Source of the DNA: an uncultured virus (IMG/VR IMGVR_UViG_3300042560_001054)
Taxonomy: Duplodnaviria; Heunggongvirae; Uroviricota; Caudoviricetes
DNA: 33,558 nt
Virus record (IMG/VR): IMGVR_UViG_3300042560_001054
Reading direction: 5' to 3' (one strand)
Numbering within the stretch: the stretch's first letter is position 1; the number at the start of each line of letters is the position of its first letter. Under the pieces are notes generated by a model. That model was not told the origin of the DNA. It searched no databases and saw nothing but the letters and a program-made list of their open reading frames with translations. Both the position numbers and the translations under genes were made by a program. Shown here one piece after another: positions 28,280-33,558 of this stretch.

Positions 28280-28642
28280 GTGGATACCACGCCTAACACT
28301 TGCTCAGAGTTAGGAGAGGTTACCGCAAGAGCCTCTCGCTTCTCAGAGCAACTCACTCAGTATCGTGTCATGGTGGCACAACTGAAGGAGTATCTCGTAG
28401 ATAACTACGAGGACCTCGGAGAACATGCCGAGCCTATCGCTGAAATCTTCAGCATTGACCTAACCAAGTCGGTTGAGGTTGAGGTGAAGGTTACTTACTC
28501 GCTCACTGTTACAGTGCCTGTTGGCTGGACAGAGGACGACATCTCGAATAACCTTCGATACCCTGAAGGCTTCGAGTCTGACGACAATGACATGTGCATT
28601 GAGTCAGAGTCTGCAGACATGGACCACATCTCGGTCTACTAA
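28280..28642 (+). CDS. Hypothetical early protein
   Basis: 120 aa acidic ORF from GTG after GGGGGTG. Confidence 0.7.
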   Translation: MDTTPNTCSELGEVTARASRFSEQLTQYRVMVAQLKEYLVDNYEDLGEHAEPIAEIFSIDLTKSVEVEVKVTYSLTVTVPVGWTEDDISNNLRYPEGFESDDNDMCIESESADMDHISVY

Positions 28643-28655
28643 CAACTAAATAGGA

Positions 28656-28685
28656 TTACTCCTGAGCATGAGTGAAAACTGCTCA
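28656..28685 (+). ncRNA. Candidate H-type pseudoknot in intergenic RNA
   Basis: ACTC(28658-61)/GAGT(28670-73) stem; loop TGAGCA(28663-68) pairs with TGCTCA(28680-85) across an A-rich linker. Confidence 0.45.
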
Positions 28686-28714
28686 CCTAACTACTAGAAC
28701 GATTGGAGCACAAT

Positions 28715-28834
28715 GTGGCAAACGACGACGACACATACAACGCTTTCATGGCGTGGTATGAGAAATACGGAAGCAATGCAAACCTACGCATGGCTTTCGA
28801 TGCAGGTTACAACGCATGTGAGAAGGGTGAGTAA
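28715..28834 (+). CDS. 39-aa hypothetical protein (not in ORF track)
   Basis: GTG after GGAG SD: MANDDDTYNAFMAWYEKYGSNANLRMAFDAGYNACEKGE. Confidence 0.6.
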   Translation: MANDDDTYNAFMAWYEKYGSNANLRMAFDAGYNACEKGE

Positions 28835-28835
28835 C

Positions 28836-29084
28836 ATGAAAGCAAAACACACCGACATCACAATCTGGGCATCAAACGCAAAAGATGTCGAGATAAACGT
28901 CAGACCTTACAGTGCAGGTCCTGAGGTAATACTAGATGTATGCGGAGTTGAGTTCTGGCTCTCCGTAGACCAAGCGAAGGAGTTGTCAGACAAGTTAGAT
29001 AGCACAATCGCTGACATAGACCAAGCAAGGTTGCAAAGTCTAAAAGAAGCGCACGAGCAATACGAGCGCCTAGCACAAAACTAA
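28836..29084 (+). CDS. Hypothetical protein
   Basis: Start corrected to MKAKHTD at 28836, after GGGTGAG. Confidence 0.65.
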   Translation: MKAKHTDITIWASNAKDVEINVRPYSAGPEVILDVCGVEFWLSVDQAKELSDKLDSTIADIDQARLQSLKEAHEQYERLAQN

Positions 29085-29144
29085 GCAGGATTGGGGGGAG
29101 GGAAAGCCCCTCCCCTCAACTACTAGAACGATTGGAGTAATGCA

Positions 29145-29369
29145 ATGATGTTTTACAATGGATTCAATCTGATGATAGACATAATCCTTGCTTGCATAGT
29201 AGGCTTCACCTTCTATCGAATTGGACGACGAGAAGGATTTATAGAAGGCTACGGCGCAGGTGAACAAGATACAAACGATTGGTATACAAGTCAGCTTGAG
29301 CCACCTCTTGATGACATGGACGACTATCAAACTTGGAACGAGGCACAGAAGAGCACGCCTCCGTTCTAA
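29145..29369 (+). CDS. Small membrane protein
   Basis: N-terminal TM followed by 'GRREGFIEGYGAG'; GGAG SD. Confidence 0.7.
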   Translation: MMFYNGFNLMIDIILACIVGFTFYRIGRREGFIEGYGAGEQDTNDWYTSQLEPPLDDMDDYQTWNEAQKSTPPF

Positions 29370-29423
29370 ACAGAAGTTGGTCGCACCCTCTGCTTGAGTT
29401 TCCAATCCTCGCAGAGGGGGCGG

Positions 29424-29497
29424 CCAACCCAAACATTCAGCCAATCAGCCGCCTATCGCTAATGCTCTGCGGCTGATTGGCTGAATGTTTGGGTTGG
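29424..29497. repeat. Perfect palindrome, 29-bp arms and 16-nt loop (conserved 12-mer in reversed orientation)
   Basis: CCAACCCAAACATTCAGCCAATCAGCCGC ... GCGGCTGATTGGCTGAATGTTTGGGTTGG. Confidence 0.95.
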
Positions 29498-29504
29498 GGG
29501 CTTT

Positions 29505-29556
29505 ATAACGATTTGATAACAGGTGCGCTATGACAGTTTTATTGTGAGAGAGTTCT
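29505..29556 (+). promoter_or_regulatory. Early-cassette promoter motif, copy 2
   Basis: ATAACGATTTGATAAC..TGCGCTAT-N12-GTGAGAGAGTTCT. Confidence 0.7.
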
Positions 29557-29605
29557 ACCTATCAGCAAGTCGCTGGTGTTTGTGCTAATAGAAGGTGAGA
29601 GATAC

Positions 29606-30610
29606 ATGGCACATGAGTTAGAGATAGGTGAGGACGGCTCAGTTGCGTTCGCACTTAGAGGAGAGCCCGCATGGCATGGCCTTGCTAACGCTCTATTCGA
29701 TAAAGATGAGAATGTAACCACTGAGGTTATGCTCAAGTCTGCTAAGTTAAACGATTGGAATGTCAATCTTGAGTTAATCGAGAAGGACAATTACAACTTC
29801 GTGTCTGAGTCCTACATGGTAACTCGGACTAATCCATTCGGACAGGGCACTGATGTTCTATCAGTAGTCGGTGACCGATACAAAGTCGTGCAGAATGAGG
29901 AGTTATTCGCATTCGGTGACGGCATCTTGGACGGTGGCGCCTCATGGGAGTCTGCTGGTTCAATCAAAAACGGTAGAGTCGTATTCGGCTCATTGGTAGT
30001 GCCTAGAGAATTCATTCTTGATGAACAGGGCGCTAACGATAAGACAACCACTTATCTACTCGTTCACACCTCGCATGACGGTTCAACCGCCGTTCAAGCG
30101 AACATCACACCAGTTAGAGTTGTTTGCCAAAACACTCTGAACATGGCATTGAATGGTTCTAAGCAATCATTCAAGATTCGTCACACAAGCACAGTCGACG
30201 GTCGTATCGCTGCAGCCCGAGAGGCTCTTGGTCTGACATTCGCACACATGGATTCATTCGAAACCATGGCTCGTGAGTTATTCGAATCCACAATAACTAA
30301 CGTTCAATTCAACAAGATTGTTGAAACACTTTATCCAAAGCCTGATGATACAGCCAACAAGGTTGCAATCACTCGCTACGATAACAAGGTTGGTCTAATC
30401 CAGGACCTATACCTGCAATCTCCAACTAATGCCAACATCAAAGGCACAGCATGGGGAGCGCTAAACGCTCTCACCGAGCGCCTTGATTACTATCGTGCAA
30501 AGCGTGGAAGCAATGAGTCATTAATCGCAGGAGCAAGTGGGTTTGACCCAGTTGTTAATGCGGAGAAGGCTCGCATCCTCTCAGTAGTGCGAGAAGCAGT
30601 CTCGGCATAA
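29606..30610 (+). CDS. DUF932-family protein (phage/plasmid early gene)
   Basis: Start MAHELE at 29606; 'PAWHGL', 'VGDRYKVVQNEELF', 'ESAGS..NGRVVF', 'SHDGS', 'TPVRVVCQNTL', 'GTAWGALNALTE'. Confidence 0.92.
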   Translation: MAHELEIGEDGSVAFALRGEPAWHGLANALFDKDENVTTEVMLKSAKLNDWNVNLELIEKDNYNFVSESYMVTRTNPFGQGTDVLSVVGDRYKVVQNEELFAFGDGILDGGASWESAGSIKNGRVVFGSLVVPREFILDEQGANDKTTTYLLVHTSHDGSTAVQANITPVRVVCQNTLNMALNGSKQSFKIRHTSTVDGRIAAAREALGLTFAHMDSFETMARELFESTITNVQFNKIVETLYPKPDDTANKVAITRYDNKVGLIQDLYLQSPTNANIKGTAWGALNALTERLDYYRAKRGSNESLIAGASGFDPVVNAEKARILSVVREAVSA

Positions 30611-30613
30611 CAC

Positions 30614-30650
30614 AAAGCCCCTCAAGCCTACAAAGCTTGGGGGGCTTTTT
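30614..30650 (+). terminator. Intrinsic terminator
   Basis: AAAGCCCCTCAAGC/GCTTGGGGGGCTTT stem with T-tract. Confidence 0.8.
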
Positions 30651-30728
30651 GTTTGGGTTGGCTACTATGGCTATGGCTGTGAACGCTAGTGAACACGCCA
30701 GCCATAGCCATAGTAGCCAACCCAAACA
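30650..30728. repeat. Perfect palindrome, 30-bp arms and 19-nt loop
   Basis: TGTTTGGGTTGGCTACTATGGCTATGGCTG ... CAGCCATAGCCATAGTAGCCAACCCAAACA. Confidence 0.95.
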
Positions 30729-30731
30729 TTT

Positions 30732-30783
30732 ATAACGATTAGATAACAACTGCGCTATACGCCAATAAGCGTGAGAGAGTTCT
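30732..30783 (+). promoter_or_regulatory. Early-cassette promoter motif, copy 3
   Basis: ATAACGATTAGATAAC..TGCGCTAT-N12-GTGAGAGAGTTCT. Confidence 0.7.
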
Positions 30784-30820
30784 CGTATTAGCAGATGGTC
30801 TGCTAATGGGAAGGTGAGAG

Positions 30821-31306
30821 ATGAATACAACAACCCAACTAACTTGGAGAGATGGAGTGGAAGCAATAGACACTCTAGTATCTGCTGAGTTAGATAAGCA
30901 AGAGTATCCGCAGGAAGCGGTTGCTAATGCCGTAGTTGCTTTGACTACTAACTTACAGCACCGAGATTACTTCTTAGGTCTAGCCAAGTGCGACAACCTA
31001 GAGGTTATGACTTCGGTAGCCGTAAAGGTAATCAACCAACTTGATAATGAAATGGACAAAGTTCCGTTTTATACCTGCTTATGTGCGTTCTATTATGAAC
31101 TTGGCGCAGATGAAAGTGCTAAGGAAGCGTTAGCGTTCGCACTACAAATAAACTCTGAATACAGTTTAGCAAAACTGCTATACCGAGTTATTGAGGCTGG
31201 CTGGGCTGGCAAGCGGTTCGGTGCTATGCGTAAGGAATTACACTCACAGGTCGTTGAGGGCATGGAGAAAAATGCCGACACTCCTATTACGGAAGGTGGC
31301 AACTAA
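30821..31306 (+). CDS. DUF4192-like helical protein
   Basis: 'HRDYFLG...YELG...AKEALAFALQINSEYSLAKLLYRVIEAGW' resembles the actinobacterial DUF4192 C-terminus. Confidence 0.65.
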   Translation: MNTTTQLTWRDGVEAIDTLVSAELDKQEYPQEAVANAVVALTTNLQHRDYFLGLAKCDNLEVMTSVAVKVINQLDNEMDKVPFYTCLCAFYYELGADESAKEALAFALQINSEYSLAKLLYRVIEAGWAGKRFGAMRKELHSQVVEGMEKNADTPITEGGN

Positions 31307-31704
31307 TGACCGCAAGAGTAAAAGTAGATAAGGCTATGCTTATCAAGGCTCTACAAGATAGATTAGCGTTAGGAGAAAAGGCTAACGCTATTCAGGAAAA
31401 GAACAACGCCAAGTATGAGGCAGATAAAAAGGCGTGGTCGGAAAAGTTGGCTTCTTTAGCCAAGTCTGGCAAGTTGGACTTTGATGATGTAAATGTATCT
31501 ACTTGGAGAAACCAAATAGAAATCCGCTACACATACAAAGAAAACTCAGTTTTGCCTAAAGAACCTGAACGACCTGATAGTCCTGATGGAACATTGGCAA
31601 ACCACCAAGCAGAGGAAATCAACAACACGATAAAACTGCTTAACATGACGGCTGACCCGTTCGTTGGTGCGTCATTGTATAAAGATGTAGTGCGCTACAT
31701 TTAA
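31306..31704 (+). CDS. Hypothetical protein
   Basis: 132 aa, TAATG overlap. Confidence 0.75.
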   Translation: MTARVKVDKAMLIKALQDRLALGEKANAIQEKNNAKYEADKKAWSEKLASLAKSGKLDFDDVNVSTWRNQIEIRYTYKENSVLPKEPERPDSPDGTLANHQAEEINNTIKLLNMTADPFVGASLYKDVVRYI

Positions 31705-31711
31705 CAAATAC

Positions 31712-31749
31712 AATAGCCCACTTCGCAAATAGCGGAGTGGGCTATTTTT
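31712..31749 (+). terminator. Intrinsic terminator
   Basis: AATAGCCCACTTCGC/GCGGAGTGGGCTATT stem with T-tract. Confidence 0.8.
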
Positions 31750-31769
31750 GTATTAGGAAAATAGCATTT

Positions 31770-31841
31770 TGTTTGGGTCGGTAAGCATAGGTAGGGAGGT
31801 CTGGAACAGCTCCGAACTACCTATGCTTACCGACCCAAACA
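31770..31841. repeat. Perfect palindrome, 25-bp arms and 22-nt loop
   Basis: TGTTTGGGTCGGTAAGCATAGGTAG ... CTACCTATGCTTACCGACCCAAACA. Confidence 0.95.
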
Positions 31842-31846
31842 TAATC

Positions 31847-31862
31847 GTTATCAAATCGTTAC
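31847..31862 (-). promoter_or_regulatory. Direct-repeat motif, copy 4 (inverted orientation)
   Basis: GTTATCAAATCGTTAC is the reverse complement of GTAACGATTTGATAAC; TGGACA-N17-TTTACT follows. Confidence 0.65.
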
Positions 31863-31971
31863 CAAATAAAAGAGATACGGCATGGACAAAGAGAGTGATT
31901 TAGTATTTACTAAGCGCATGGAGAGAGAGTGACACTTACTCCATAACAACTACTAGGGAAGGAAAGAGATA

Positions 31972-32748
31972 ATGCCAAACTGGGTTGAGAACAGGCTTGT
32001 CATAACAGGCAACCAAGACAGCCTTGACAGGTTGAAGGAGTTAGTAGGAAAGCCCTACACCACCTTTAGTCAAGATTGGAATACCAACGAGGTATCGCAA
32101 GGAGAACATAGCGGAGTGTTCCAACTATGGAACATTGTAAGCCCGACAGACTTAGCAAGTTATTTTGGTTTCAAGTCTGACGAGAAGTTTGCTGAGGAGA
32201 AACGCCAGCGTGAGGAAGCGAGCGCAAACATTGAACCAACGCAAATTGGTGAAGTTATTGAGGTAATCAAAGGGGCAATAGAAAAGAAAACCTTTGACAT
32301 GCAAGAAAGTATGGCTCAGTTCTATGAGGACATAGCAACTGGACAAGATTGGTATCACTGGAACATTCGTGAGTGGGGCACTAAATGGGAGATTAGCAAC
32401 GCTACCTATGTGGCCACACCTAACAAACTGGTGTTTAGTTATGCGACCGCATGGTCACCGCCAGTATCTGCTCTAGATAAACTTGCGGAGCTTTTTCCTG
32501 ACCTACACTTTACAAGTAGGTTCTTGGACGAAGGCGACAACTTTGCTGGAGAAATCCATTGGGAGAGCGGTCAGCAGGTATTTGACACAGACTTGGCTAT
32601 CAACCATGGTCTGAAAATAGAGATGTATGACTACTGCTATGCTTGTGAAAATGATGATGAGGACTTTGAGGACATGCGTAATGACTACGGCTGTGCCGAA
32701 TGGGGCAAACTTATCAAGATACCTACAACTGTAGAGGGAGCGGAGTAA
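31972..32748 (+). CDS. DUF1281/YubB (Api92-like) ferredoxin-like-fold protein
   Basis: 'MPNWVENRLVITG', 'DWYHWNIREWGTKW', 'FSYATAWSPP', 'DEGDNFAG'. Confidence 0.85.
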   Translation: MPNWVENRLVITGNQDSLDRLKELVGKPYTTFSQDWNTNEVSQGEHSGVFQLWNIVSPTDLASYFGFKSDEKFAEEKRQREEASANIEPTQIGEVIEVIKGAIEKKTFDMQESMAQFYEDIATGQDWYHWNIREWGTKWEISNATYVATPNKLVFSYATAWSPPVSALDKLAELFPDLHFTSRFLDEGDNFAGEIHWESGQQVFDTDLAINHGLKIEMYDYCYACENDDEDFEDMRNDYGCAEWGKLIKIPTTVEGAE

Positions 32749-33008
32749 TGCCTTTCTACCAAGTTTGGGCTACTGTCCACCACGAAGCCACCTGTGTTAT
32801 TGAGGCAAATGACCAAGACCATGCCGTTGCGATTGCTACGGCTCTTAGTGGGATTGACTATGACAATCTTGGCTATACAAATGGGGCAGAAACAAGCGTA
32901 GATGAGATAGTCCCAACAGAGGAGAAGCCGTCCTCAACCTTTTACGACATTATGGAAAGCCTCTCTTCCGAACCACACAGGATTGTCGAGCCTTTGCAAG
33001 ACACATAG
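32748..33008 (+). CDS. Hypothetical protein
   Basis: Start corrected to MPFYQV at 32748 (GGAG SD, TAATG overlap); 'VIEANDQDHAVAIA'. Confidence 0.7.
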   Translation: MPFYQVWATVHHEATCVIEANDQDHAVAIATALSGIDYDNLGYTNGAETSVDEIVPTEEKPSSTFYDIMESLSSEPHRIVEPLQDT

Positions 33009-33035
33009 TTCTCCCTTCCCAAGTCGAGAGCAAAC

Positions 33036-33067
33036 CTGCCCTGAGTCCCCTGACTCGGGGCAGTTTT
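33036..33067 (+). terminator. Intrinsic terminator
   Basis: CTGCCCTGAGTC/GACTCGGGGCAG stem followed by TTTT. Confidence 0.75.
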
Positions 33068-33152
33068 GTTTGGGTTGGGCTTCTATGGCTATGGCTGGAA
33101 CGGCTTGTTTTGCTAAAAACCAGCCATAGCCATAGAAGCCCAACCCAAACAA
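33066..33152. repeat. Perfect palindrome, 33-bp arms and 21-nt loop
   Basis: TTGTTTGGGTTGGGCTTCTATGGCTATGGCTGG ... CCAGCCATAGCCATAGAAGCCCAACCCAAACAA. Confidence 0.95.
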
Positions 33153-33167
33153 GCCTGTCAAGCTTCT

Positions 33168-33227
33168 ATAACGATTTCATAACAATCGAGAGAACTCTAT
33201 TGACAAGCAGAGGCTCGTTGTGATAAC
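33168..33227 (+). promoter_or_regulatory. Direct-repeat motif, copy 5, plus TTGACA -35-like element
   Basis: ATAACGATTTCATAAC followed by TTGACA at 33200; the -10 is unclear. Confidence 0.55.
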
Positions 33228-33558
33228 GCCCTCTCAAAGAGAGAGAGAGAGGCACAACAAGCCTGTCAAGCTTGACAATGCCGAGAGAGAGAGCGAGCGC
33301 AAGAGAGAGTGCGCCCCTTATTACCTCTATGGATTAAACAGGAACATAACCCAATGGCGAGCGCATGGCTCAGCCAGCCCGACAAGCCTGCCTAGCCTGC
33401 GCCCTGCGCTCGCCAATGCGCTCGTTGGGCTACTGCCTACCAAACTTGTCGAGCCGTATTTATACGACCAGACCTACGGCTTCCCTGCCAGATAGGTAGT
33501 TACTACCCAGTAGCCAGCCTGCTCAGGAAATACGATTACTCTCTCTCTTATTATTACT

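Noticed and set aside
28713..28835. N-terminal 41 aa of the track ORF 28713..29084
   Set aside because: Better explained by a separate 39-aa gene in another frame (28715..28834) plus a gene starting at 28836 with its own SD.
29070..32358. Minus-strand ORFs in the early region
   Set aside because: They overlap well-supported plus-strand genes or regulatory palindromes and lack SD sites or motifs.
29424..33152. Palindromes as a CRISPR array or as canonical integron attC sites
   Set aside because: Spacing is over 1 kb with whole genes between copies and no cas genes. The arms are perfect with no extrahelical bases, the ends do not fit RYYYAAC/GTTRRRY, no integrase is in the window, and the cassettes carry their own promoters.
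29424..33152. Palindromes as MITEs or REP elements
   Set aside because: No target-site duplications or transposase were seen, interiors differ between copies, and their position relative to terminator and promoter is fixed.
33220..33495. 91-aa ORF as a protein-coding gene
   Set aside because: No SD, built from (GA)n and other repeats, and no recognisable motif.
1..33558. Stop-codon reassignment, tRNA genes or a diversity-generating retroelement
   Set aside because: Core genes are intact in the standard code with TAA, TAG and TGA all used as stops. No tRNA cloverleaf or reverse transcriptase was recognised, and the Cys-module duplication differs at synonymous sites rather than adenine-specific ones.

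Overview
This window is part of a tailed dsDNA phage genome, most likely infecting an actinobacterium. Evidence for the host: a WhiB gene, a DUF4192-like gene, a perfect actinobacterial LexA box and leaderless -10/start arrangements; the low GC suggests a freshwater low-GC host (inference). Bases 1-28057 are mostly minus-strand late/structural genes: terminase large subunit, portal, scaffold, N4-gp56-type major capsid, neck/adaptor, collagen and fibre proteins, holin-like proteins, a CHAP peptidase and a large secreted Pro/Glu-rich protein. A plus-strand SLT/lysozyme-like + whiB pair is inserted at 12.9-13.7 kb. At 13.7-18.9 kb a poly-Pro/Cys-rich fibre-like protein with a non-canonical C-terminal Hint domain is followed by candidate modifying enzymes (GNAT-like, His-less 2OG-like, Cys-cluster protein, prolyl-hydroxylase-like 2OG-Fe(II) oxygenase, DUF6065-like). 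From about 28.1 kb the strand flips to plus-strand early-type genes (DUF932, DUF4192-like, DUF1281/YubB-like). These are organised as repeated cassettes: terminator or hairpin, a long perfect palindrome with a conserved TGTTTGGGTYGG end, an ATAAC-N6-RTAAC direct repeat, a promoter-like motif, then 1-4 genes. The cassette system and the Hint/poly-Pro modification cluster are the best candidates for undescribed biology. All family names come from motif recognition, not from database searches.
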